64,000 nucleotides of DNA from the NCBI GenBank assembly GCA_013239625.1, contig MU054049.1:73015-137014 (forward strand), in the 5' to 3' direction. Positions within the stretch are counted from its first letter, which is position 1. Every line of letters starts with the position of its first letter. A program made the translations under genes and the position numbers. Positions 12,501-24,359 of the stretch are shown here, piece by piece. The stretch comes from Lama guanicoe (lineage: Eukaryota). The notes below the pieces were generated by a model that was given only the letters and a program-made list of their open reading frames with translations, searched no databases and was not told the DNA's origin.

Positions 12501-12592
12501 ATGTCCAGCACCAGGCTCGGCTGGAACAGGTGTGAGGGGCCTGCCAGGCCACAGAGCAGCACGGGCAGGACCAGGGCCCACCTTCTCGACAT
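9545..12592 (-). CDS. RBP3: Retinol-binding protein 3 (IRBP), coding exon 1 (signal peptide, modules 1-3 and the start of module 4)
   Basis: ORF 9536..12685 contains [45 protein letters not shown], the recognisable IRBP N-terminus, with ATG at 12592. It has repeated GNVGYLR(V/F)D modules and ends at ...IVPMQ|GTGAGT (donor). Length 3048 nt, phase 0. Confidence 0.98.
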
Positions 12593-12755
12593 GAGGACCC
12601 AGAGGGAGGCCTGGCTCCTGCACAAAAGCTCTCTTGACTGTGTGCGAGGCCGCAGCGCTGCCCCGGGCAGCTGCCTTTCTCCCACGTCCTTCTCAGCCGG
12701 CGGACAGAAGGTCTGGGGCTAAACACGGGAGTTGGGGTACGGCTTCCAGCTCCGA

Positions 12756-12782
12756 TAAGCCTTTAATCCTGTCTAATTCAAA
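12756..12782 (-). promoter_or_regulatory. RBP3 proximal promoter: Ret-1/PCE-I-like and CRX/OTX2 homeodomain sites
   Basis: Minus strand reads TTTGAATTAGACAGGATTAAAGGCTTA, containing TAATCC (12764-12769), TAAGCC (12756-12761) and CTAATTCA (12773-12780), about 170 nt upstream of the ATG. This matches the known IRBP photoreceptor promoter element. Confidence 0.85.
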
Positions 12783-13699
12783 CGCGTCAGCCCTGGGGAC
12801 CGGGGAGAAGGGGCCGATGTGGTTTGACCCAGAAGGTACATGGGATTTCATCTCGCTGCGCCCCCTCGGGGCGAGGAACATCAACAGCTACCTTTCATTT
12901 TGAGTGCCTGCCACATGCCAGGCACTGTGCTCCACGCTTCCCATGTCGACAGTCATCACTTTACAAAGCAGAATTATTGATCTGCAAGTAAAGTAGCATT
13001 TCCCCACGACACTGGGTGACCCGCCCCTCTGGAATTGGGGAGAACCTGTTGGCGGCTCCGTTCTGCCACCCTCTACTCTGTGGCCTTAGGGAAGCAACTT
13101 ACTTATTGTGTAGATGATGTGAGAAAATCTGAGTAAGGAGCTGCACACTGTCAGGCAAGAAGGAAGCCCTCAATTACTAAATTCTCCATGTTAGATATTC
13201 TCTCTGTTTTATAGCTGAAGACACAGAGTTCAGTTGCTAACTGAAGCCCACCGTCCTAGGTGGGGAATGTCAGGGCAGTGAGAAAAGCCTGCGGGTTCAC
13301 AGTCACTCAGATCGAGCTGAGGCTGAGTCGGAGGCGCACCCCGTTTCAGGGCTTGAAGTTTATTCCCATGTCTTCCTAATGTACCCAGGGGACCGAAGTT
13401 TTCCCCATCCCTACCGCCCGACCCCTGTGAGATGATAGGAATGAAATGTCTGAACTTCATCGTGGGGCGTGATGAATGGATTGGGAATGCCAGGGCAGAT
13501 GACGTGAGCTCCTAGATCTAACTGCTTGGCTCTATGCTTCTCTCCTCGCCCTGTTACCACCAGTGCATCCTTCTTGGGCCGGGCGGGCAGCAGTAGGCAG
13601 GCGCACACGTGTGCCTCAGCGGGCGGCCAGGGGAGGTGGTCTGGGGGCCCGAGGGGAGCCCTCTCAGCACACTCGAGAGCCACAATCCGCTCTCTGGAA

Positions 13700-13875
13700 G
13701 TCATTATCTGAGGATGTTTACCAAGTGGTTAATGAAGGCCAAAGAGGTCAATTAGCTAAAACAAACATATTCTTAGCTCATTAGGATTTGTTTAATGCCC
13801 AAGTGACATATGGTCACATCACTCCGCAGTTGGCAGCCAATCAACAGAGACTGATTTATTATAATAATAAGGCCT
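13700..13875. promoter_or_regulatory. Putative RBP3 distal enhancer block
   Basis: AT-rich non-repeat island about 1.1-1.3 kb upstream of the ATG, with CAATTAG (PCE-I), AAAGAGGTCA, a CATATG E-box and several TAAT cores. Confidence 0.55.
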
Positions 13876-14809
13876 CCTTAGTCCTCACTGGGAAGGCTGA
13901 GCCCTCTGCTCCACCTCCGCCGGGGGAATCACAACTCGGAACACACCCTCCTGGTCCTCTGAGGACACTTCTCCATCATCACCTGAGCCCAGGCAGAGCC
14001 TCGAGACCAGGAACGGCAGGGATGGAGATGAGCAGGAATAAGTCTCTCTTTGGGGAACGTATTTCCCCTGGACCCTTATTAACACGCAGTCTCGGGGTGG
14101 GATGCTGGGAACTCTTGCCGGGTCTTGACTCAAGCCAACCTATTATTTGGATGCATTTCAAAGCAAGATGAATCTTGTATTTATTTTATTTTAATCCTTT
14201 TTATTTTTTACTTTTTTTAAAGAGTAAAATAGACTCCTATACACAAGTTAAATAATTCATAAACACCCTAACAATCTTTTCCCAAAGCCTTTCCAATTCA
14301 GTGAATAATAACAGTTTAACATGTGGCTGCCCTCACTTTTCTCTGTGTTCATATGTGGAAGCACATCTATAGGAAATCTGTCTGTCCTTCTGTCTATGCA
14401 TCTTGTCCATATACGATGCTCATCCATCCATCCATTTACCTAGTGTCATCTCATAAAAGTACACAGGGAAATTTACATTTTATTAGACTCACTTAAACAT
14501 ACAGCAGAAACAGCCTTCCAAGCTGAAGCATATCCATCAAGCTCATTCTTTCAATTTCTGCATAAGAGTCCTTGACAATTTGCTGATCCATTTCCCTAAA
14601 CGAAAGATATTTAAAGTTGTGTCTGGTTTTGCTTCTCTAAATAATATTGTGATAAGAGTTCTCAAACACATGTCCCTAGGACTAGTGCTTCTTGCTTCTG
14701 TTGAATCAATTCCCAAACCTTGGCTTGCTGAATCAAAGGGTTGTACCCTTGTTTGTTTGGTTTTCTCTTTATTGTATTTTTCAGTAACTTTAAAATGATG
14801 TAATAAATG

Positions 14810-17310
14810 TGTGTTTTTTTCTGTTTTTTTTTTTACAACTTAATTGATGTACAATTGACAGATAACAAACTGTCCATCTTTGACGTGTACTGTTTGGTGA
14901 GTTTTGACATGTGTATGCATCCATGAAACTATCACCACCAGCAAGGTGATGTATCTTGTCCTCATCCTCAAATTTTCCTCCTGCCCCTTTGTTATCCACC
15001 CCTCCTTGCATCTCCATCTCCAGACAAACACTGATTCACTTTCGGTCATCACTATACATTAACTTTCATTTTTTAGAATTTTATATAAATGGAATTAGAT
15101 ACCACACGTACTGTTTTCTGTCTTCTTTAACTCGACATAACGACTTTGAAATTCACTTATGCTATTGGATGTACCATAAGTTCACTTATTTTATTGTTGA
15201 GTAGAATTCCACTGTATAGATATACCATAATTTATTATTCACTCATGTGTTGATAGACCTATGGTCTGCTTCCAGTGTGTAACTAAGACAAGTAAGTCTG
15301 CTGTGAATATTTGAGTACAAGTCTCTGTGTGGATGCATATTTTTATTTCTGCTACGCCAAGAATGCATGTTTAACTTTTAAAGAAACAATCTGTTGTCCA
15401 AAATTTAAATTTCTACCAGCAACACATAAGACTTGCAATTCCTCCACATCCATGCTAACAATTGGTATGCATAGTCAGACCTTTTGATTTTGGCCATGCT
15501 AATGGGTACATAGTAACTTCTCATTGTGATTTTTAACTGGGACTTCCTCATTGACTAATTGTATTGAGCAGCATATATTTTTATATTTATTGGCCACCTG
15601 TATATATTCTATGGTAAAATGACTGTTTAAATCTTTTGCCCATCTGTTGGGAGGAGGGGGAGGCTGTTGTTTGTCTTATTATTAATAAAATAAAAATTAT
15701 TTTTACATTCTTCATGTTAAGTCTTTTGCCTGATGTATGTGTTGCAGATATTTTTTCCCAATCCGTGGCTTGTCTTTTCATGTCCTTAACAGTGTCTTTT
15801 GAAGTTTTAAAGTTCTTATTTTTGCTGAATTTCAATTTACCATTTTTTTCTTTTAAGATTCATACTCTTGGCACCATATCTAAGACATCTTTGCCTATTC
15901 CAAGGTCACAAAGCTTTTCTTTAATATTTTGTTCTAGAAGATCTATAGTTTTAATTTTTACATTTATATTCCATTTCGAGTTAATTTTTGTATATGAGCA
16001 TATTACTTTTATGATATGAGCTAGGGGGTCAAGATTTATTTCTTTCCAAGTTGACATCCAGTTGATTCAACGCTAGTTCTTGAAAACACTTCCCTGTTCT
16101 ACTGAATTGCCTTGGCATTAGATCAGAAAGTGATTAACCACATATGTGTGGGTCTATTTCTGTACTGTTTGTTCTGCTGCATTCATTTGCTGGTCTTTTC
16201 AGCAATACCACACTTGTCTTGGTTACAATAGTTTATAGCCTGTCTTGAAATCATGTCATGTAATCCCTGCAACTCTGTTGTTCTTCATCAAAATTATTTT
16301 GGTTATTCTAGTTCTTTTGATTATTCACATACATTTTAGATACCGATAATCGCTTTTAGAATCAGACAGTTGACTGAGATTAAGTTGAATCTCTAGATCG
16401 GTTGGGAGACAATTGACATCTTAATACTCAGACTTTCAATCTATGAAAATGATATATATTGCCATTTATTTAGGTCTTTTTTGACTTATTTTATCAGTGT
16501 TGTATGGTTTCAGAATATAAATCATATAAATATCTTGTTAGATGTACCTAAATATTTCTCATTATTTCTGGGTGCTGTTGTAAATGATATTTTAAAAAAA
16601 TGTAATTTCTAGTTATTCATTGTGTTTTGATCTTATATCCCACAACCTTGTTAAACTCATTGATTTATACTACTATTTTTTTTTGTTTTTTTGCAAATTC
16701 CTTGGAATTTTCTAAAGGAATATTCATGTCGTACTTCTTTCTTTCCCATCTACAGACTTCGTTTCTTATCCTTGCCTTATAGCACTCCTTAGGACCTTCA
16801 ATCCTGATTTTAGGGGGAAATAATTCAGTCTTTCATCATAAGTGTAATGTTAGCTGTAGATCTGTTTTTGCTTGGTTTTGTTTTGTTTTGTTTTTTGGTA
16901 GATGATCTTTATCAGTTTTTAAGAAACTTCTCTTACATTCCTACTACTTTAAGAATTAAAAAAAATCATGAACGGATGTTGAATACTGTCAAATGCTTCT
17001 ATTAAGATACCATGTCTTTCCTCTTTAGGAAAAGCTTTAGCTTTGCATTTGTGGGCTAAATCTCCCTTGGTCACGATGTGTCTTCCTATTGTATGTTGCT
17101 GGATTCAATTTACTCGTGTTTTGTTGATCTTTTTTGCATGCTCATGGGGGATAGCCATATATAGTCTTTTCCTTTGGCTTTGGTGTCACGGTAATGCTGA
17201 CTCATAAGATGAGTTGGAAAGTATTTTTTCCCTCTTCCTATTGCTTAATTTTATGGAATTAATTCTATTTTTTGGGAACAGTTCATGTAAAATTGATATG
17301 GTTTTAGTTA
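14810..17310 (-). mobile_element. Old L1 (L1M-type) LINE: 3' part with ORF2 remnants
   Basis: A T-rich tail lies at about 14815-14833. Minus-strand remnants KDTVKDMKRQATDWEKI and YTKINSKW...KTIDLLEQNIKEKLCDLGIGKD are typical L1 ORF2 C-terminal peptides. Confidence 0.9.
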
Positions 17311-17550
17311 TTTGAGGAGCTAAGAAGTACTGCTCTAGGCCAGAAAGGAGGGCTGGTTCTGTTTATTCCTTATTCCCACTTCCCAATAAGGCATGTTCAC
17401 AGTTTTCTGTCATGAAAGGAAAACAATAACTGAGGCCCCAGAGTATAGATTATTCCAGCTGTTAATCACTCACGTTGGGAAGTGTTCACAGCCCCCAAAT
17501 GACATCATTTGCCTGATGTGAAGGCAGAAGAGAACCAGCGTAACTGAAGG

Positions 17551-17583
17551 TGCAGCTCCCAGAGGCACCTCCAGGGGGCGCTG
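17551..17583 (+). promoter_or_regulatory. CTCF-like site with upstream motif
   Basis: TGCAGCTCC, then a 5-nt spacer, then GCACCTCCAGGGGGCGCTG. This matches the core CC-N-C-N-AGRKGGCR consensus plus the TGCAG upstream module. Confidence 0.6.
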
Positions 17584-20201
17584 TGTGCCAGGCGATGAGT
17601 CAGGCGGGGCGGGGGCTCGAACCGGTTTCAGTTCTGAGGTGTGTCGCAGGTTCAGAGAAGTGACCAAAGTCCTAACAGCAGTGGGAACATCGCCCACGTG
17701 CTTTCTCTGCTGGGTGGAAACCTCTCTGCAGCCCGTGACTGTCCTGCCTCTTCCCCGCACCAAACATTTTCTGTGCAGTGAACGCAGAAATTCAAGTTCA
17801 CAGATGATCAAAGTACCTCCTTGTGGCCAGAGCCAGTCTAACACAGAACACAGGAGTGCTGGGCTTAAGGAGGTTCTGGGAACACTTTTTTTTTTTTAAA
17901 CAAATAAATGAGATTTATTTTAAATTAAATCTGGAGAAAATGTATGCCGAAGAAGTCATTTTTACCGGACAGGTAAAATCATAAGGCTTTAGTAGCCTTA
18001 TGAGGCTAGTAAACAAGGGTCAAGTGAATTTCCCGCTGCTCCAAGCCTACAAAGTCTTGTGCAGTAAGTACTTGTTCATGGGTGATGCCTTCATTCGTGG
18101 GTCTTGTTCACAGCCTGCTTCTAAGGTGATTTCTCCTAAACCACCCTTCTTCTTGTTTTACGGATGAGAAAGCAGGGACTTAGGGAGGTTACAGAAATCT
18201 CCCAAGATCACAGAGCCGAGTATCAATGGGTTGGCTGAAGGAAGAGAGGACATTGCCACCTTCTGAAGATTCCCCACACACTTATGTGGGCTTTGGTTCC
18301 TGTCCCTGAGTCATCACCCCAGGTGTGGACTTGTGTTGAGAGGTGGGCGGAGGGAAAGGAGCAGGGATTTGAGCCCCTTACGGCTTGAGTAACCCCAGCA
18401 ATGCCATGTCTCTGCAACTCCAGGACACATGGTCTGCTGGATGCTGAGGTGACAACCGAACCCAGCAGGGGGAACACCATCCCCCACCCCATGGGAATCC
18501 ACGGGATAAGATGGGATAACGCAGAGGTGTGAGAGTGGTGGGGGTGGTTAAAGGAACACAGCCTTGGAAATCTAAGGGCAGGTTCGCCTGGAAACCATTT
18601 TCCTCCATGACTTCGCCATTCTTCTTGCATTTCTTTCTCTCATTTCTGCCAGGTCCATCAGACATGTCTGTATATGTCTGAACTCCAATAATTAACAGGC
18701 ATCAGGGTCTTCTCTATGAGGCCACAGGGGCCAGGCTAATCAGGGAGGTGGAGAGTTGTCTGCAGTTCTCGGGTGTCTGGTTACATTTCAGGTTTGGGTG
18801 CCCGGCACGGGGAGGACTTCCTGTGTGTGCATGGGAGGGCACCTGCAGGTGGAAGTGGCTCTTGCTTCCAACCCAGGCACAGGTGGGAAGGCTGAAGATA
18901 CTGGCAGAGCGTGGGGAAAAATGAAGAGGGGAGATCAAAAAGATAATCAGGAAAAAAAATGAAGGTTTCCAAGTAAAAGTGTGTAATAGTGTGTATAAGC
19001 TTTTCCTTAGCATTGCTCAGAAAGAGAAGCAAGGACCGAAACGGACTTTTTCTAAGTCCCTAGGCAGCATTTGTATGTCATTTTGGGGGTGATAAGCAAA
19101 GACATCAAGACTTGGTGAGCAGGTGTCCCTTGATGTGACCATGAGCCAGTGAGTGACCTTGTCAGGACCTGAGCCCAGGCCAGGCAACCCCACACCTCGT
19201 GATTTTCCAGCCCCAGCTGCTCTCTGCTGTTGGCCCCTGAGCTGTCCCTGACTGTGACAACACATAATTTGATATCCAGACAGGTCCTAATTTCAGTTGT
19301 ATATGGACAACAGACATAAACCGGGACCATCACAGGCAAACCAGGTTGATGGTCACTGAGCCAGAGGAACAGCCTGTCCAAGCCCTGCCCACTGTGGGGT
19401 GGGACCCAGTATGGCCTCCTGAATGTGAGTGTGATCCTGGGGTCCTGAGAGGACCACGGAGCTCACACACTCCCTGTCCAGCTGCGCAGACCCAGCCATG
19501 CTCTCCGGCTCCCACAGGGAGGCTGCACCTTGGACATTGTCAGGGATTTTAAAAATGCCTGCAGCTTCATGCTTTTGTGAGCTGGGTCTCCTCTTCTGTG
19601 TCTGCTGTTGTGGGTCACTGGTGCAGTCTCGTTTGGCTTGGACAGCCAGTGGCCTCCTGTTTCCATTGTGCAGATGCTTCCAAGTGCCCTGGGTGACCCC
19701 CACCCCCTCCCCGACCAAGGAGAGTCGTGGGTGTTTGCAGTGGGGTTCAGACACCAAAAGATGGGAAGTTCAAGCTGACTTTGAAAACCTTTCTGCCCCA
19801 TCTGTCCATCTCATCACTCTGTAAGCGCTGACAGGTGAGTACGAGATAACAGGTACACGCCAGCACAGAGCCCATGGGAGAAGGGAGGAGGGAACGGACA
19901 TTGATCTAGCCATATGCTGTTCTTTCTGTCTTTTAAAATTGAAAAAGAAAATTTAAAAGACTAAAAATTACCCCCCAAACCCAAACAAAACTCTCACTTA
20001 ATTTTAACCACCCCGAACCAACACTCTCAGCACCAGTTTATTCACTCCCGTTCTTGTTTCTGCATATGTGTTCTTTTTTTGAAAAAAAAAATCACAGAAG
20101 TAAGAAAAAAGACCTTTATAGATAAGGCAAGATGTCTTTTGCACATTCCTCACCTTCCTGCTATTTGCTGTGTGTCCGTCTAGGGCTTCCCCCCACCCCC
20201 C

Positions 20202-20279
20202 TTTAATGGAGGCACTGGGGATTGAACCCAGGACCTTGTGCATGCCAAGCATGTGCTCCACCACTGAGCTATAACCTCC
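20202..20279 (-). mobile_element. tRNA-Ala-derived SINE (camelid Vic-1-like)
   Basis: Minus strand reads GGAGGTTATAGCTCAGTGGTGGAGCACATGCTTGGCATGCACAAGGTCCTGGGTTCAATCCCCAGTGCCTCCATTAAA, with pol III A and B boxes and a degenerate cloverleaf. Confidence 0.8.
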
Positions 20280-23200
20280 GTTCTTTTTTTTCTTGTAGTG
20301 CTTTTCTAAACTGCTTCCTGTATGTAAGCATATCATTAGAATACATGCAGCCTTTTGGTGGGGCTTCATTTATATAACTCTGTACCCTTCACTTTGCAGC
20401 TTGCTTTCTCCACTCAGTGTTGTATTTTTGATTTCAAGACCACGGGCGCACCTGGACTAGTGGGCTTTTGATTTGCTCTGCATCATGCCAGCATGTGCAC
20501 GAGCCACCCTGTAGTCAGCTCATTTGCCGACTGATGGCTCTTTGGTCTGTCCCAGGGCGGGTTCCCAGGGACTAGACTGAGGCAGGGCTGGCTGCGGAAG
20601 CACACCGGGAGTGCTCCAGGAGCTGCACCTGTCAGGGAGGGGAGGACACTGGACTGGGTGGAGGGAGACGCTGGGTGAGATACAGCTGCAGTGGAGATCT
20701 CAGCCAATTCCAAGGGAAGCTCTGGAGTGGGGACATCACTTCTGGGTTACCCCAAATTGAAGCCCGGGACCAAGCTTTCATAGCCCCCACAACTAGTTAT
20801 TGGACAGATATTGTCCCTGGGGGAGGAAGGACATCACCTGGGCTAGGTACACCCTGCAGGCAGCTGAGGACAGATTCTGGGGAGGAGCAAGCTGTGAGCT
20901 GTCAGCTGTCGATCCTGTAGGGGGATCTGGGTGGGCACTGGCTCTTGCCAGGTTTTCGCAATTATAAGCAACGTGGCAATGCTATCTCTGAGTGTGCCTC
21001 TCTGCTCATGTGCAAGGATGTCTCTAGGGTAGGTACAAAGAAATGAAGTTTCTGGATCTCTCAGCTCTAACAGATGCGGCTGAATCGTCCTCCAGGGCGA
21101 CCAAACCCACTGGCAGTCCCACCAGCCACTTAGAACAGCTCATTTCCCCCCTCGCCAGCTCCCCTGTGCAAGAGTGTCACGTGGTTTCATTTATGCAGAT
21201 CTAATGAGTATAGGATGGAATCTCATTATCATTTCCATTTGCTTTGCCACGATTATAAACGAGCCTGGGCGCAAAAAAACTGCCAGTGGTTAAATTCTCT
21301 CACTTACGTCCTACTTTGGGCCTGAATGTCCACCAGACTATCCCCATGCCAGCTTTCTTCTCTTCCTGTCTCTCTCAGTTCACCCAAGAAGAGGGTGTCT
21401 CATCTGAGCCTTTTTGTAGTGTCAGAAGTTACCTCGTGCATCAGACAGTCCTGGTGGATTCTAGAACCCTGGAGTGCAGGTGTCCTGTGGATAGGAAGCC
21501 AACACAGCCCTGCTGGCCTCTCCTCATTTCACTCAGCACCATCAGTGCTGAAGACCAGGGTCTGTTGCAGGAGCTGTCTGGGCGGAGGGAGCCCCCCAGA
21601 GATGGGCTTGCTCCAGGGTCCCCATTGCATGTCGGATCAGCACGTCCACCATGGTGGGCCTCCACTTCCTCATCCACCTGCAGGCTGCTGTAAGGACCAC
21701 CTGAGGTGATCGGGTAGGAGCCACCTGGGGCCATGTGGGTCCAACTCAGGGGCCCAGCTTCACAGTTCCCATAAATGGGCATTGCAGAAGTCTAGGGAAG
21801 ATTCCAGGACAGAGGGCGCTGGTCAGATGAGCTGGATAAATAACCAATGCCATAGTACATGGAAAAAAAAGAGTTTCCAAGTTCAGAGGGATGTGACCTC
21901 CCACTCCTACCTGTACTGGTCCAGCTCATGTCAGAATTAAGTTGGACTTAGAAAAGAGAAGGCTGCAGGCAAGGACTGATCCAGGGACCCCTTTCTCCCA
22001 GTTTTAGTGGAATTCTGGAGGAAGTATAAGCCACAATGTTTAGTGTCTATATTAACAGAACCTGAACCAAAGAATAGAAGGATTTCCGTCCCCTCCTTCC
22101 TTCACCAGAGAATAACACCCCGTCTGTGCCCAGCAGACCAGAGGACCCTACATCGCAGGACGAGAGGGGCAGTGACCACAGGAGGGCAGCGTCTCCCCAG
22201 GAGAGCACAAACCCTGTCTGGTGCATCTGTCTCATGCTGTAGCTTTGATTCTTCCTGTTAGTGTGACTATGACCTTGACCTTGAGGAAGCATTCAGGACA
22301 GAGGCCAGGAGAGCAGAGAGAAGGTAAGCTGGGCATCACAAAAGGGGTTCAAATCCTGGCTCCAGCAGTTCTTGGCTGGTGGCTCTGAGCAAAGTGTGAG
22401 GCCTCCATCTCCTTATTGGTAAATGTAGGGGAAAACACGTTGATTATTCTGTGGCCACCAAGTTCCGAGCCCGCCTGGTGCTTGGGGCTCTGCCAGCTTC
22501 CTCTCTGGGTCCCCTCAAAGTCTCTGTGTCCCACCCCATCTCACTGTCTCTGCGTCTGCCCGTGACTTTTCTGCTCGGCATCCCTGAGCCTCTCTCTCTG
22601 TTCCCTTGCTCCTGGCCTGGAGGGTAGGTCACGTGAGGGGCAGAGGCCAGTGGTCGACCCCACCAATTCGTCTTTTCTCTGGGCTTCAGCTCTTTGATCC
22701 CAGCGACAGCACTAACATCCCCACCCTGACATGACAAACGTGAAAAGGCTTCAGGAAACACTGCAGAAGGGACGGTGGCGGTCATCAGGCAGAGGGCGAA
22801 TTGGTTGCCTTGCAGAGTGTCCAGCGGGTGGCGCTGTTGGATTTCATTCTCTGACTTGATTGGAGGGGGCAGTGAACTAGCTTTGGAGGGCCTGGTGGGA
22901 AGGAGCACCCAGTGAAATGGGAACCAGGGAGTGTTTCTCTGGCTCTCCTGGCGGGTTCTCTCCCTGCACATCTATCTGTCCAAAGCCGCAGGCCATGTCG
23001 GGCTTCCAGGAAGTGATGGAGGCTGGAGGCTCTTGGGCCTTGCCCCCACAGGACCTGGTGCCACAGACGGCTCAAGACAAGAGGTCAGTCCGCAGGTCCT
23101 TACACCAGGCCAGTGATGACTGTGGGACAGAAGCACCACAGTGCCCCTTAGAGCCAAGAAGATCAGAGGTGGGGCATCAGGATTGAGGTCCGAGGGGACA

Positions 23201-23708
23201 ACACTAAAGCCGGGCCTTCATGGAAGGAGGACCTGGGCTGTGGAGCTGGGAGTGAGGCAGCCACACTGTCACCCGAGGGCTGAGAACAGGGAGTGGCCTT
23301 GATGGTATTTGACTGGAGCTGGGTGTCTGAGCAGGAACACAGAGGGAGCAGGTGCTGGAAGAGACATACGGGCCTCAGGACATCGGCAGACATGACTTAG
23401 GGGCAGATGTGTCTCATAGCCAGAGCTCGGCCTCCCTCCCCTGACGTGGGGAGGTCAAAGCACAGGGCTGACTGTCATTTCCCACCTGCAAACATCCACG
23501 CTCACAATTACACCCACACGTGTGCGCTTACATGGATGCATGCACTCACCTGCAGAGACACTGCCCACACCTGTCACCCCCCTACCCCATGCCCCTCCTC
23601 TCCCCCAGGGAAGGATGAGCCTGTAGGGAGGGGTGGGCAAGGTGTGGGGCTAGGGGACCACGAGCCCAGGTCTCACACTTAAGAAAAGCCACCCATTAGA
23701 CATTTGAC

Positions 23709-24359
23709 TTTATTTCCAAGTGAAACTTTGATGCAGGCACAGAAATACACCACCAGGACTAAAAGTTGTCTGTCATCCATCTTGGTGATTGAGCAACATT
23801 GTCGTACCAGGAATTTTTTGTATTTAGTATTTTTTGTAACTCCAGTAATTGAACAATAATGCTTTATTGTAGTTTTGTGTTAAAGCTGTTCATTGGTTCC
23901 ATGTAAACATTTAACACAAACCATTGTTTTAAAAAAAAAATTCTGGGAGCTTCAACCAACAGGAATGGCCCGGGTCACTCCAGGCCTTCTATAGCGTCTG
24001 CTCTGGCCAGTGGTCAGAAGGGCCATGGAGTGGAATCGTCACCGCTTCCAGACTCCTCCTCACTCCACCCCATTCCGTGTGTGACCTCGAGAGTCAGAGG
24101 TCCTCCCTTGGGGTCAGTGGGGGCTGAGTCTGGTCCCAAAGCCCAAGCCCAGGACAGGGGCTGGGCGCACGTTACTTAAGAAAGCCGGCTGGTCCAGGCA
24201 GAACCGACTTCGGCCAATAAGGACCGGAATTCTTCTGTGGCCGGGGGCCCTCACCCCGAAAGACTGGATGTCATCACTTGAGTCACCATGACATCACTAC
24301 ATGTCACCAAGGACTAAAAGTAGGGACATTGCAAATACCAAAGCAAGAGTGCATTTATT
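23709..24359 (-). terminator. Candidate GDF2 polyadenylation signals (minus-strand AATAAA at 24354-24359, 23863-23868 and 23709-23714)
   Basis: Three hexamers lie 1.25-1.9 kb past the stop, the distal two in an AT-rich, 3'-UTR-like block. The sequence alone does not show which is used. Confidence 0.45.

Noticed and set aside
12593..12685. 31-codon in-frame N-terminal extension of RBP3 in the ORF track
   Set aside because: It starts at GTG, not ATG, and lies in the 5' UTR. The signal peptide begins at Met 12592.
20202..20279. Possible tRNA-Ala gene
   Set aside because: The acceptor and anticodon stems are mismatched and the element ends in a short A-rich tail, so a tRNA-derived SINE fits better.
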